In this document: positions 87,963 through 102,965 of the stretch, piece after piece
Numbering within the stretch: position 1 is the first letter of the stretch
Layout: each line of letters opens with the position of its first letter
NCBI GenBank assembly: GCA_951406725.2
Contig: OX597826.1
Coordinates: forward strand, 60,036,001-60,160,000
Direction: 5' to 3'
Origin: Octopus vulgaris
Lineage: Eukaryota
DNA: 124,000 nt
Program-made: the position numbers and the translations under genes
Notes under the pieces: generated by a model
What the model was told of the DNA's origin: nothing
Seen by the model: the letters and a program-made list of their open reading frames with translations, nothing else
Database searches by the model: none

Positions 87963-88164
87963 ACATGTAAATATATGAATGTATGTATGTATGTATGTAT
88001 GATGTATGTACACGCATTCAAATATATTTCACCGGCCCTAAATGTATTTCTGATTTAGGTTTCAATAATTTACAAGAGGCTTCCAAGAATTCATTATTAA
88101 TACATTACATTAATTATATATATGCATACATACGTACATACATACCTACATACATACATATATA

Positions 88165-88230
<66 letters not shown>

Positions 88231-89167
88231 AGTCCTCACCATACACTCGCACCACACCCTTCCTACATCCCCCACACAAACACGCCCACATCACCCCATA
88301 CACACACCTCAGAACACCACATATATGTATATATGCATATATATATATATACATTTGAAACTTGAACATATTACCCTATGTAGCAAACAAGAAGCTACGG
88401 ATCTCTACGACACCCTCACGTTCAACAACGCCATTTACTTAGGATCACATCTATATCTAAAAGTGTTTGGAATGTTTACTTCATACACACTATCAAAAAT
88501 ATGGGCGAAACTACTGTGTGCCTTTTTATCTATGGAAAATATGCTCTCCAACAGATTACTCTTGGTCTCTGACACCTTTCTCTTTTAGCATCAAAAGTAT
88601 ATCAATTTTCTTCTAATTCGATTGTGGTGAAACTCCTCCGGCTCATTTGCCTGTGGGAAATGTCCCTTGTGACATACACTTGTCATACTTGTCTACTAAC
88701 TGGATCTCGTCCACATCTAATATGACTTCAAGGGATATGGAACTTTCATAGTTTTGATTGCAAAGCAGTGAAATTGTTTCTATTGCTCATATTTTCAGCG
88801 AGTAGTCAAATTTTCCCGCAATCTTTCAACTGGTGCTCATTTTATCAACACCGAAAGCATAACAGGTAAAGTCGCCTACGAAGGAATTTGGACTCAGAAA
88901 ATAAACACTTGCTAACGGTTCTGTTAACTTGCCCTCTTTAACTCTATCTAATGGTGGGTAATTTCAATGTCTAAATAATAGAAAATGTAAAGAAAAAGAC
89001 AGAGGGCTTGATTCTTGATGAAAGGGTCAAGTAATCGGAGCAAGAAACAGCAGAATAAATACTGATACAGAAGACATTTCTCTGAATGAATTATACGTCG
89101 TGAAAACAGTGAGATAGCTGCATTGTAGATATTGTCTATGAATGTAAAATAATTATTCAGAACGCCT

Positions 89168-89552
89168 ATAGGCGTAGGGGTGGCTGCGTGGTAAGTTCTT
89201 GCTTACCAACCACATGGTTCCGAGTTCAGTCCCACTGCGTGGCACCTTGACCAACTATCATTTACTATAGCCTTGTAAGTGGATTTGGTAGACGGAAGTG
89301 TCTTCTACTATAGCCTCGGGCCGTCCAAAGCCTTGTGAGTGCATTTGGTAGACGGAAACTGAAAGAAGCCCGTCGTATTTATGTACATGTATATATGTGT
89401 GTCTGTGTGTCTGTGCTTTCCCAACATCGCTTGACAACCGATGCTGGCGTGTTTACGTCACCGTAACTTAGCGGTTCTGCAAAAGAAACCGATAAAATAA
89501 GGCGGTGCTCCAGCATGGCCGCAGTCAAATGACTGAAACAAGTAAAAGAGTG
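89168..89552 (+). mobile_element. SINE family A with internal tandem duplication
   Basis: ACTATAGCC...GGATTTGGTAGACGGAA occurs twice (about 89263 and 89306). Confidence 0.85.
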
Positions 89553-89620
89553 ATCTTTATAAGAACTGGAAACATGAAAAGTTTGCTACAATTATGCATT
89601 GGGAATTTCTAAAAAAAATA

Positions 89621-89688
<68 letters not shown>

Positions 89689-89739
89689 GTAATAATAATA
89701 ATAATGAACTCTAGTTTTGTAAAAGGGGAAGATTGATAT

Positions 89740-90242
89740 GACCATAAAACAGAGAATACGTACTTCAATATGACCTTGTAAAGGTACTTTGGGCTTTGAA
89801 ACATATATGGATACGCGAAAAAAACTTTTACGCCATGCTGTTATCGAAAACATTAATGAAGAAACACTATGCTGCTTAATAAATGTTCGTCAGTTTGATA
89901 CTAGTATTGTAGGAAATGAATGTGAAGAAAGAAAAAAACGGCAAAAAATACCAGGAACAAAATACGAACTTCATTGAACCAGGAAACATTAAAAAATCTC
90001 CTTTATCCCAATGGTGATAGGAGAATAGAGAACAGTAGCAAGAAATCACCTGAACTGTTTGAATGTGTGGAATGCAGTGATAAAAAAAAATCCTAATTCT
90101 ACAGAAAGCTTGTTTTCATGACACAGCATTTGACAACAAAAGTGTACTTAGTACCTGAGATTGCCGCATGTGAATAGACTTATTGTATCCAGTACCAGCA
90201 ACGCAACGAGATTCTGACTTAATGCGTATAGAAATAATAATG
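89740..90242 (+). pseudogene. RLE-type (R4/Dong-like) LINE 3' fragment next to (TAA)n
   Basis: Decayed VLW.GFET...HAVIENINEETLCCLINV..FDTSIVG..., ISFIPMVIG..RTVA, ILILQKACF.DTA...VLST* follows the RLE C-terminal pattern ILWDF..QTD...RPD...IDV..P...IPIVIGALG...LQKA.L.GTA.ILR.VL. Confidence 0.6.
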
Positions 90243-91897
90243 AGAAGGAGGATTATGAGGGAGAGGAAGAGAATTTAAGCACAATGAAATAGATATAATT
90301 ACGGATAAAACGGCTGTGGTCATTGGTCTTTTGAGTAGAGATGTGATAATCTGGGTTCATCACATATTTGTGCATCAAGGATGGGCTAAACTGAGGCGCA
90401 ACATATCCGTTGGTTAATTCATTGGGTCAGCTCAGATTAAGCTTTCATCTGTTGATTAAATATGGCATATCCATGAAAGTGGGTGTATGTTTGTTTTTTC
90501 AAATGTGTATAACGCGAGGCTTATTGTTAATCTATCGCTCAGACCTGAGACTAACTATTTACCTGTTAATAAAATAGGGAATACCTTTCTTAAACGTATG
90601 TCTGCTGATCTCATATCAGGTCATTTGAAGATAACTGACAATGACATAAACGACCGAAATAATAACGGGTACATTCACACCCATCCACTCAAGTTTAACA
90701 TGAAATTTGGAAGAGTGGAGAAAAATAGAATTTTCTGAAATTACTTTATCATTGAATAAAAAAAACAACTTCAGCAACAGTTTCTGTGGTGAGTAGTTTG
90801 TGGTGTCTGTGGTTGGAGTATGGGTAAAAATGTTAAAACTGCTTTAGAGTAATAGAAATATAATTGAAAGAAGAGGAAGGAGATATTTTAAAATGAAATT
90901 TTGATTAAACCCGGCTACTTTTATTCCTACCGTCAACATCTTTGATAACTTCAACATATCACTGTTTAATTAATTTCAATAAATCCACATTCAGCTCGCA
91001 ATAAATGCTTGTAGCAATATCCTATAGACACCGCGTGATACTATTTTATATTGAAAAAATATCTTCTTGACAATGTGTCAAGAATTCTTAAGTTCCCCAC
91101 TTCTAGCAAGAAATTGTACTTCAGTTTTTATTTCAAATATGTTCGTAGTAAGAGTAGGGAAGTATAGATGGCTTTTCAAACACTCGTAGCAGTTAATTAA
91201 TAATTCTTAGAATAAATCCGAAATAATCATCAATAATTGTAAATTGCTTTCTTTTACAATTATTGAGGTATTCGCTACAAATAAACTGTCACGTAGTTAC
91301 ATATATTATTTTGTGGAATACTTGTATAATGTAATTCCGAATGGCTAATGTGGGATTTTCCTGGATATTATTTTCGATTTTCATTATTTTCAGAATTTTC
91401 AACGTTCTATTTTTGTTTAACTGATATGTATATTTGTAAGTTTACTGAAGAAATAAGACTGACGATGTGGAACAAAATTGCATCAGTTACAAGATGCTTT
91501 ATAGTCATTCAAGCCAAATAAACATTTTCCCAGTTCTGTATAATTGGTTACAACCTATCCATCAAATAAATATCTATACCTGAATGCCCCCGCGCTTAGC
91601 AATCTATCTCGTCTCTCACTCACGCTAGAATATGGAGTTTCTAATAGCTATAAAAATTTACCGAACGATCAACACTGAACTAGGTTTATTATAGTTCGGT
91701 ATGGTTTAGTCTGACATGATGGTCAAACAAGAAAAAAACGTATAAGCAGAAGAACAGCAACAGCAATAACAACAACGACGAAGACGTCAGCAACAAAAGC
91801 AATAACAACAACAATGGCAATGGCAACAACAATAACAACTACTACAACAGCAAGAACGAACGCTTGGTTTTAGTAATTTCTCCTGTTCGAAAACCCT

Positions 91898-92184
91898 TTA
91901 TTTATTTATGCGCTCTTTTCAAGCCTAGCCAGGCTCGGTTTCCCGTTTTCTATGGAGTACGTGTTCCCCCCAGCTGGACGGGACGCCAGTCTACCTCAGC
92001 GTTACTCAAGAAACAGGAAGAAAGAGTGAGGGAAAGTTGGGGTGACAGATTACAACAGGGGTCACCACCACGCCCTGCCGGTGCTTTCGCTCAATAAACA
92101 CACACAACGCCCGGTCTGGGAATCGAAATGGCGATCTTCCGACCGCGAGTCCGCTGCCCTAACCACTGCGCCATTGCGCCTCCA
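91898..92184 (-). mobile_element. SINE family C1 with TSD
   Basis: Flanked by TTC(G/A)AAAACCCTT. Confidence 0.9.
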
Positions 92185-92643
92185 CTTCAAAAACCCTTAT
92201 CTTCCCGTAAATGTCAAAAATCAAAGACGTAAATCAGGTCAGAATGATTTCCTCACATTTGGACAGCTGGAATATTTGAATTTCCAGGGTATCTAAATTC
92301 TGAAATCACATTCAGTAGTAAATCTCTTGTTGCTATGTATTACATTTGAAGGATTGTTACCAAGTCATTGTTTCTTCAAATAGATATTATTGACGACAAT
92401 CGCGGACTTAAATCTAAAATGATGTTAACACAAGAAAAAAGGAAAAAAATCTGAAAAGCTAACTGCACGATTCAACAGAGAACAGCTTAGAAGGGTGCCA
92501 AGGTTTAGTTGAGCGGATCTAAAGAATATTCAACGATCAAAATCTACGGGGCATTTTATCTAAATTCTTCAATATTTTTATTACTACTTTTGTTCTTACG
92601 GTTGCAAACCCTAGCGAAATTTTGTAATACATGGGTACGCAAT

Positions 92644-92703
<60 letters not shown>

Positions 92704-92728
92704 ATACTTCTCCTTAGTATCATTGTTA

Positions 92729-92805
<77 letters not shown>

Positions 92806-93289
92806 GTGGTGGGGATAATGGTGGTGGTACTTATCACACCATTTTAAAATTGGTAAGTTTTACTGGTGAAAGTGATACAAAAGAGAAAAAAAATTGCACT
92901 ACTGCGTAGATCAATATGATTTTGCGCAGATATCTTTATCTATTTGATGTTCGGTATTCATTCGTCATTGGGGGCTTTTATGTCTTAAAGGTTTGAACTT
93001 AGCGTTGATTCGAATCGAGTTAATTCGCATCCAGTGCCCAAATTTGTATACAGAGACGTGCAGTCAACACATACACACACACACATACACACATAAATAT
93101 ATACACATACACAAGCACAGTCATATAACAAACACAGTCATATAACAAACACACTTATAACAAACTCGCATACTCACACGCACACAACTCAAATATTTTC
93201 TATTCTCTTCCCAATAAAGTATATACGTCTAAATTTATATATTACTAAATCGAGAGAGCGTTGTAAGTCATATATCAGAGTATGTACAT

Positions 93290-93850
93290 ATATGCACACA
93301 GGAATACCATCAGTGGAAGCAGTTAAGTTTGTGTCCACCTCATCTATGGCTAGTATTATGTCTTCTTCACAAATGTTCATATAATCCATCGTAGCTGCCT
93401 CGCTGGACATACGTGTGGCGGCAAAGAAATCCACCGGTTCATTCACTTGTCTATGTTCCAACATAAAGACACTTTTGAACACGTCATTCAGTAACTCACA
93501 GATCCTTGTTGGGTTATCTGTGAGGGAACTATCCTTTTGGAATATGTGTCCTATTTTGCAGGGAACTGAGGTTGTTTCTTTGACATAATGAAAGAAGGCC
93601 TTTCGGTTTGACTTCATATGTTTATATAACCCAGGCTTCTTTGTCTGCACTCTCCTTCAATAGAGAATTGTTGCAATCTTTTTTCAATCTCTCAGTGTTA
93701 TTTTTAGGCGGGAATTTTCATTACTTTTGGGATGCTGGTTTAACCGATTTGCAAACTTCGTCCTTCGTCTCATGAGGTTCTTCCGGTCCCTTGGAATCTC
93801 GTTTCTTTTTATGATGGCATTGTGCTCTGGGACAATTTTCTGGCTTTTGA
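93290..93850 (-). pseudogene. CR1/Jockey-group LINE ORF2 linker fragment (between APE and RT)
   Basis: NEIPRDRKNLMRRRTKFANRL...KSNRKAFFHYVK...KIGHIFQKDSSLTDNPTRICELLNDVFKSVF...ICEEDIILAIDEVDTNLTASTDGIP resembles IKSNPKAFF.YA...IGPL...LT.DP..I.E.LN.QY.SVF...AIDE....SA.GPDG.P. Confidence 0.75.
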
Positions 93851-93928
93851 TATATATATATATATTTCTATATATGTATAAACCTGTCAGTCTGTCTATC
93901 TATCTATCTATACCTGTCTATCTGTTTA

Positions 93929-93963
<35 letters not shown>

Positions 93964-93964
93964 G

Positions 93965-94012
<48 letters not shown>

Positions 94013-95044
94013 TGGTATTTCCTATGATAATGTGCTCCACGATTCAATGTAAAGGAGTTATCTCCCATCACATTTATTTAGGCTGGTAAACTATCCGGCA
94101 CATACATACATATGTGCGCTCTCGCACAACATATATATAGACTTTCTTCTTACTGTAAATAGTAATCGTGTTGCTTTGAGGTGATGAGGAAGCACGAGGG
94201 TGTTGGCTAAAAGGAATTCTGATAATAGGAAAAGATACTAAATCTCCGGGAAGTCTTTATAGAAACTTTTATGGAAAATATCTGGGCGAGTATAAAACGG
94301 ATTTTTAAAAATGTGTAATCATATAGAAATATAAACTTCTTTTGGTCACATTTTACTTGTGCAAAAAATGTTTAATCGGAAAATTTAAAATTTCATTCTT
94401 GTTTTCTTACATGCCTATAGCACTGGTGTTTCCACTCTCCAAGCATAAATGCATGCAGAGATTGATGATCGCTGTGCTTGCATTAAAGTTAGTATCTGGT
94501 TTTTCATGTCTCTCTATCTTCTGCTGAACTTCTGCTACGAAATACATTCATCACTTCGTTGCATTTACTTATGCTGAAAATTTATTGGCGATCTTCTATC
94601 TGATATCAAACAGTTTGCCATTTTCATTTAAATGCCAGTTGCAAATCAAGGCATTTTTAGCTGTGAAATCTCTATTTGATAGATCGTTCAGCTCTGCATA
94701 CACAAGAGAACATTGATTCTTGAAAGACTGAAAATACGATAGCGACTTTTACATACACAAATATGTAATGCAGGCTTTCGACAATGAATAAGGTTTTTGG
94801 TTGCAAAAAGTTATTAAAAACACTTATACAAAAACATCTGTAATTAGAATAACAATGAGGAATGAAATAATAATGTAACTTAAAACATCCGACCAGATGT
94901 CTTGTGTATGTGTTCTGAGTCTTGTGGTGGTAGAATTTTGCCATCGGCCAATTTGTGATCCCTAGCACTTCCCCTCATCCTGCCACCTGATTAAATAGTA
95001 ATGTGTACTATATACATTACTATATATATTAATTATAGACATTG

Positions 95045-95145
<101 letters not shown>

Positions 95146-95426
95146 TGATTAAAAATTTTAAATTGTAATTAGATATAGTGTTGTTTTAGAGGGTTTTAAC
95201 TCCTCTTTCAAACAAGCAGGTACATATTCTACCCTGACTTTTTATAATAACTATATATATATGTGTGAGGGATATTTTCCGTCTCAATATAGCTAACCAC
95301 TAAGGGTGGGTGTTACTGTAGCTTGTAACCCCAGGAGAACATCTTCTCCAGCTGGCTGCCTAAAAACATCCCTCACATTGTCGTGCAGTTACTGTTTATA
95401 CCTCGTTCAGAGATTTATTATTGCTG

Positions 95427-95482
<56 letters not shown>

Positions 95483-95494
95483 CTATATTTATAT

Positions 95495-95797
<303 letters not shown>

Positions 95798-96106
95798 TGT
95801 GTGTGTGTTTGTTCCCTACCACTGCTTACATCCCAGAACTTAAGACTTTGTCAAGAGGAAACGAAAGAATAAGGATCATGCTTTAAAATGTACTGATGTC
95901 GATCCATTCGACTAAACCTTCTCCAAAGCCGTGCGCCAGCATTCTTGCAATGCCATGACTGAAGCAAGTAAGAGATAAAAGATAAGACACATCGGGAAAT
96001 ATACACCAGAATTTGATGACTTAATGGATGAATAAATAAATATTTTCTCACTCATACTCCAGAAATTTCCATATACAGTAAATTTTATAAAGTTTATGAA
96101 TTAAAG

Positions 96107-96424
96107 ACTCCGCCGGTTACGACGACGAGGGTCCCAGCTGATACGATCAACGGAACAGCTTGCTCGTGAAATTAACGTGCAAATGGCTGAGCATTCCACA
96201 GACACGTGTACCCTTAACGTATTTCTCGGGGATAATCAGCGTGTCACAGAGAGTGACAAGGCTGACCCTTTGAAAAACAAGTACAACTCATTTTTGCCAG
96301 CTGAGTGGACTGGAGCAACGTGAAATAAAGTGTCTTGCTCAAGGACACAACGCGTCGCCGGGAATCGAACTCACAACCTTACGATCATGAGCCGAATGCC
96401 CTAACCACTAAGCCACGCGCCCTC
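96107..96424 (-). mobile_element. SINE family D, full length, with TSD
   Basis: Flanked by AAAGTTTATGAAT on both sides. Confidence 0.9.
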
Positions 96425-96673
96425 ACAAAGTTTATGAATAAGCAGTAACTCATTGCTGGGTCGTCTCTATTAACCAATTCAGTAATATAATAACGTTATA
96501 TGTCAAGTTGTAAAATAAATTGTATATCTACTAATGATTTAAAAAGCGAAAACTCTAAGCATTACCATACGATTCTTAATATATTCTAGCAATTGGGAAT
96601 AAGAATATGCTGCTCAGTGTTATTTTTGTCATCGAAAAATATGTTTGTTTAGAAGACTGGTGCTCATAATATA

Positions 96674-96886
96674 ACTCTTTTACTCTTTTATTTGTTTCAG
96701 TCATTTGACTGTGACTGTAGACATGCTGGAGCACCGCCTTTAGTCGAGCAAATCTCCCCCAGGACTTATACGTTGTAAGCCTAGTACTTATTCTATCGGT
96801 GTTTTTTGCCGAACTACTAAGCTACAGGGACGTAAACACACCACCGTCGCTTGCCAAGCGATGTTGGCAGGACAAACACAGACGCA

Positions 96887-96956
<70 letters not shown>

Positions 96957-97140
96957 ATATATATACATAAATACGACGGGCTTCATTCAGCTTCCGTCTA
97001 CCAAATCCACTCACAAAGGTTAGGTCGGCCCGAGGCTATAGTAGAAGACACATGCCCAAGGTGCCACGCAGTGGGACTGAACCCGGAACCATGTGGTTGG
97101 TAAGCAAGCTCATTACCGCACAGCCACTCCTACGCCTATA
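96674..97140 (-). mobile_element. SINE family A, full length
   Basis: All family A motifs present. Confidence 0.9.
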
Positions 97141-98684
97141 ACTAATTAATTGATGAAGATGACTTCGAGGCACTGCAGTTTTTCGATACTATTTTGTGTA
97201 GTCTTTCACTAAAACGAAAGAGCAGTACTGAATCTTGCTTATAGAAATCAGTAAATTATGTGCTGGTACATGCTGCTATCTTTCAAATCATGAATAATTC
97301 TCGAAGTGCAGGGAAAACGGCAAGAATTCAAACAAAAATGAACTTAATTTACTCTTCTGGCAATGTCGGACGTGAATATGCTGATCGCTTTTTGCGTAAC
97401 GTCAATCCAGTGTTTTCCTCGCTTTAAACGATATGTTTTCGTTATTATCGGGTTGGTAAAAATCAGCAAGCACGAGTAAATAATTTGCTTGCTAATTTCT
97501 ATAAACAAGAACATCCATTCTTGTTCAGAATCATTTATCCAGTGTATATTTTACTGGCAAAACAAATAATAACGTTGAAACATTGCGATGACTGAAACTC
97601 TAACGATACCAAAAGTTTACGTGTTATGTTCAGGAGTTTCTTTAAAATATACAAGAGGTAAGTAATATTAAGCTAATCACGAGATTATTGTACTTATCGT
97701 AAGTGATGGGACCAACGAGGTTCCCGTGTCATACTTAAGTTGTATTCTTATTTTAGATCGACAATTACTTTACTATTTCAGAACATGTCTAAATGACGGT
97801 CTTAATATTAATACAGACTATAACTAAGTACTGATTATAGCCAGATATTTTAAGCAATGTTATGGATTCAGCTAGAAAAGGGCTCAAAATGGGATAAAAA
97901 TTGCTTTTGTAATAAATATAGAAAGGTATCGTAGACTATAACGCATAACCGTAAAGTAATATAACTTTCATTTAGACTGATAATTAACCAAGTCGAATGA
98001 CTTGTCTTACAAATGGTTTGCCGTTCTCTATGTTTAGAGATCAACCACATGTAAAGGCGTGAAATGTATCGTTCATTCTTACTGAAGTATAATAGAATAA
98101 AATTGCATTTAGCGAACATGAAATTTTGACGCATAATTCTAGATTGCGAACGATTAGTTTTACTTGAAGCAAAGCTTTTGAATGCAGGAAAAAACCTGAG
98201 AGTAATTTTTGAAGTCAACAGAGGAATGTAACAATGAGAGATATTTGTGATATATTCCATACGAATTAAACGATGTCTTCTTAACAGAGGATCGAATGTA
98301 AATCGGAGCTTCCTTCAGGCAGAAGTAAACACACATCTCTTAATACATTTTCGCCAGAAGGGAAATTTAACTCTTAAAATTAAGCTTCAAATCCTTATTT
98401 ACCATACCACTACGTATTAATTTTGCCTGGATTTTCTATGCTTCTCATGATGTGAGGCCACGCGGGAGCTGAAATATAGCTACTGCATCTTTCCTTTCAA
98501 CGTTTAACTACTAAGTGCCGTAAGTTTGGTATATTGCGTTTGTGTGAACTTAACACTCAGCTGCTCGTTTTGGAAACATCATGCCCTGTATTCTTCATCA
98601 GTACCTTGTAAGGATGTGAGTAGCAAATATAGGTATGTATGCATGAATTATGTACTATGTTCATGTATGTGTATGTGCTTGTGC

Positions 98685-98742
<58 letters not shown>

Positions 98743-98744
98743 TT

Positions 98745-99150
98745 TTCTCTCTTTTACTTGTTTCAGTCATTTGTCTGCGGCCTTGCTGGTGCACCGCCTT
98801 TAGTCGAGCAAATCGACCCCCGGACTTATTCTTTGTAAGCCCAGTACTTATTCTATCGGTCTCTTTTGCCGAACCGGTAAGTGACGGGGACATAAACACA
98901 CCAGCATCGGTTGTCAAGCAATGCTAGTTGGGCAAACACAAACACACAAACATATACACACACAAACACATATATATACATATATACGACAGGTTTCTTT
99001 CAGTTTCCGTCTACCAAATCCACTCACAAGGCTTTGGTCGGCCCGAGGCTATAGTAGAAGATACTTGCCCAAGGTGCCACGCAGTGGGACTAAACCCGGA
99101 GCCATGTGGTTGGTAAGCAAGCTACTTACCACACAGCCACTCCTGCGCCA
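98745..99150 (-). mobile_element. SINE family A, full length
   Basis: All family A motifs present. Confidence 0.9.
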
Positions 99151-99176
99151 ATATATATATATATATATATATATAG

Positions 99177-99488
99177 TATATAAAGTTAATCCAAACATGA
99201 AAGCACAAAAAACACCACAACGTGAGGACGTGGAACAAATATAGTATTATTGGACGCTCAGGAAAGAACGAAAGAAGGAGGGTTTAACGTTTCTAGCGGA
99301 GCTCTTTGTCGGAAACATAGGAGAAGGAAAGATCCAGAGAAGGGGAGGTAGAGGAAAAAATCGCCACCGGTACACACGCAGCCACACCTTCTTTCCTTGT
99401 TTGCTGAGCGTCCAATAATACTATATTTGTTCCACGTCCTCACGTCGTTGTGTTTTTTTGTGCTTTCATGTTTGGATTAACTTTATAT
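99177..99488. mobile_element. H1 element (-) plus an inverted partial copy of its tail (+)
   Basis: 99177-99261 pairs with 99404-99488; a decayed hammerhead (CCGACAA-AGAGCTCCGCTA-GAAACGTT) lies between the arms. Confidence 0.8.
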
Positions 99489-99519
99489 ATGTATATATAT
99501 AAATATATATATATGTATG

Positions 99520-99552
<33 letters not shown>

Positions 99553-99900
99553 GTATGAAATTATATAATTTTATGAATTTATACGAGGGCGGCGGTGCAT
99601 GCATACATTTACAAATGACTAGACAATATACCTTACATCATATTGCTAAGCAATGCACATCGTAAAACATAAGGTGTGCAAAATTCTCGATAATATCAGG
99701 AGTGGAAACGTGAATTCCCTCTGAATATGAATAAAAACGGGCGAACAGATATCGCAGCACACTGATGTATATGTTGTTATTAAAAAACGATTCAAAATAA
99801 ATACATATAAAAAAGCTTTTTGGAGTGTATGTATGTAAATGTGTGTGTATGAGTGTGTGCGTGTGTGTACGGTATAGATAAATAGAAAGATAAATATACA

Positions 99901-99954
<54 letters not shown>

Positions 99955-100096
99955 CATAGAGAGACAGAGAAAGACAGAGAAAGACAGAGAGAAAAGAGAA
100001 AGAGATAGCTACATAGATAGGTATAGAAATAGGGAGATAGATAGACAGATAAAGAGAGAGAGAGAAAGAGGTAGATATATAGATATACAATCGGAC

Positions 100097-100139
<43 letters not shown>

Positions 100140-100966
100140 AGAGAGAGAGAAAGACAGAAAGAAAGAGAGAGGGAAAACAGAAAGAGATAGGTACCTAGAG
100201 AGAAATATGTAGATAGATAGATAGATATATAGATATGCAAGTATATGTTTCATGATTCCGTTCTTCCTCGACTTAATATGAGGCCTTAAAACATTTTATT
100301 TCTCCCGCAGACATTCAATATTTTCTCCTGCTTCTATTATCTAGATTTGGAAGAGTCGTAAAATCTAAAGAGTATAGAGGAAATAATTATCGCCATTTAC
100401 GAAGATTTGTCATATGACCGGAAGTAATAACTAATCGAGTAATTTTTTTCTGATTTCTTAAAAAATACAATACTTGTTACACTTTTTGTATGTAATTGCT
100501 TTGTAATATTTTGCTGTCCTAAGGGGGTAGGGTGTAACTTCAGAGTAATTGTTCGTGATGATCTAGGGTGTTTACGACATCGGGTGGGGTGCGTTTGCAA
100601 GTGGCAGATAATAAAAAGACGAAACAAAAAATAAAACGCAATGGCGCCTGAATTCTATAACCGAGAATAGTTATGAGAGACGAATCAGGATTGCATTCTG
100701 TCTCTCTTCCTGTAGATACGTTAAATATATACATGCTTACAAACATACATATTTCGGCGTATGTTCGTGTTAATACAGACAGAGATATACACACACACTC
100801 ACGTATGTTTCGTGGTTAATTTTCGTACAAACATGAACGCATATACGTATATATTCGTACATAGACGCAGACATAAATGTGTGTGTGTGTAACGTCATTC
100901 ATACAAGAAATCAAACTTACGCGTGTGCAACATACACAAATATAGAATTTTGCATATACACACACC

Positions 100967-101004
<38 letters not shown>

Positions 101005-101189
101005 TATAGATATATAGATATACATATAGATAGATATATATTTATTCATTTATATATACATATAGTCATAAATACCCGAAGATATATAAATAACTGATAT
101101 CAAGTGTCCGTAGCTATTATTGTTATTTCTCCAAACTTGATTAGGGACGAAAAGTGTTCTTGCTTCTTAGGATACATACAGACGCATGC

Positions 101190-101304
<115 letters not shown>

Positions 101305-101367
101305 TATATATATGCATATATATACATATCTATCGATATATATACATAAATATTTATACATATATAC

Positions 101368-101406
<39 letters not shown>

Positions 101407-101710
101407 TATATATGTGCGTGTATGTGTGTTTGCGTATGTAAAGGTAGCAGAAGGTATGAAGCTGCAGAAAAGGCATGAACCTGTTTAGAAATAGGAGCTA
101501 ACTTCACAATTCAGCCGCCGGAATTCACCAAATAACAGAAAAACAATAGTAGGCGGGGAAATGTACATTAAAAAAGCATACCTTTAATGAATGTGATATT
101601 CAGATACGCATATACCATAGTTTAGGGTTCAAAATTCAGTCTGTCATGTTATAAATCTGTCAGTTTTACGGTTTGTTCTGCGCGAAGCCGGTCTACATTG
101701 CGAAAAAAAT

Positions 101711-101831
101711 ATATATGAGCAAAAGCATTCGAGTAGTTACACTCGAAGTATGATGATATTACTGTTAATATCATCTGCAGTGAATATTTTTAATTGATAA
101801 TATTAACAGTGTAAATACTCGAATGTTTTTG

Positions 101832-101840
<9 letters not shown>
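101711..101840. mobile_element. Small MITE-like foldback in TA context
   Basis: ATATATGAGCAAAAGCATTCGAGTAGTTACACT / AGTGTAAATACTCGAATGTTTTTGCTCATATAT (31 of 33 paired), plus an inner inverted repeat. Confidence 0.7.
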
Positions 101841-101884
<44 letters not shown>

Positions 101885-102289
101885 CACCATGTGGACCGGT
101901 TTTGAGCAAAGCAAGCCATAACACTGGCAGATATATAACGCGACTTTGAATTTTTATTAAGTTCTAATTCTTTATCTGTTACCTGCCTATTTATCTTATT
102001 CGGTGCCTCAGCGGTTGAATTCGGAATTTCGCTCCTATTTCTAGATACATACATACATAAATACATACATGCATACATACATACATACATACATACATAC
102101 ATACATACATACATACATACATTCATACATCCATCGACCCATACATATTTACCTAATTCATACATACAGACATAGATACACACATACATACATACTTTAC
102201 ATGTATAGGTATATACATGCATTCATAGATGGTGATTGCTCTATTTTCATACATGATTGCTCTCCTCTACTTCCTCGTTGTTAGTGACA

Positions 102290-102560
102290 TTTCTCACTTT
102301 CCTTCCATGACCTCTCAGATGACTATTTAGTCCTATTGCTGATCTCTATGGTTTGAAGCATATGTAACAGAAGATACTTGTTATAGTGTCCTTACGTCTG
102401 GTTAGATCGACACCTCTCATTTGTTCCCATAGAGTTTCAGTAGATGAGATGACAAATGAAGTCAGCACAAAGAGACATCTTTACGTCATTGGATGATAGA
102501 GTTCAACGCTTCTACAAAACGTGTGCTTATTTCCATCTACCTTATTAGTACCTGGTGACA
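102290..102560 (-). pseudogene. RTE LINE extreme C-terminus with zinc finger
   Basis: TSIFCYICFKP*RSAIGLNSHLRGHGRK matches the RTE C-terminal Cx2C...S.IGL.SH.R.H motif. Confidence 0.7.
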
Positions 102561-102611
102561 GACGAAAGTGAAATGTCCAGAAATCACATAAAACCGCTGG
102601 TTCTACATCAG

Positions 102612-102665
102612 TGTCCGAAGCCTTGTGGGTGGATTTGTTAGACGGAAACTGAAAGTAGCCCGTCG

Positions 102666-102761
<96 letters not shown>

Positions 102762-102965
102762 TTTGTGTGTGTTTGTCCTCCCAACATCGCTTGACAACCG
102801 ATGCTGGTGTGTTTACGTCCCCGTATCTTTGCGCTTCGGCAAAATAGACCGATAGAATAAGTACTAGGCTTACAAAGAATAAGTCCTGGGATCGATTTGC
102901 TCGACTAAAGGCGATGCTCCAGCATGGCCGCAGTCAAATCACTGAAACAAGTAAGAGTAAAAGAG
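102612..102965 (+). mobile_element. SINE family A (5' truncated)
   Basis: Middle and tail motifs. Confidence 0.85.
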
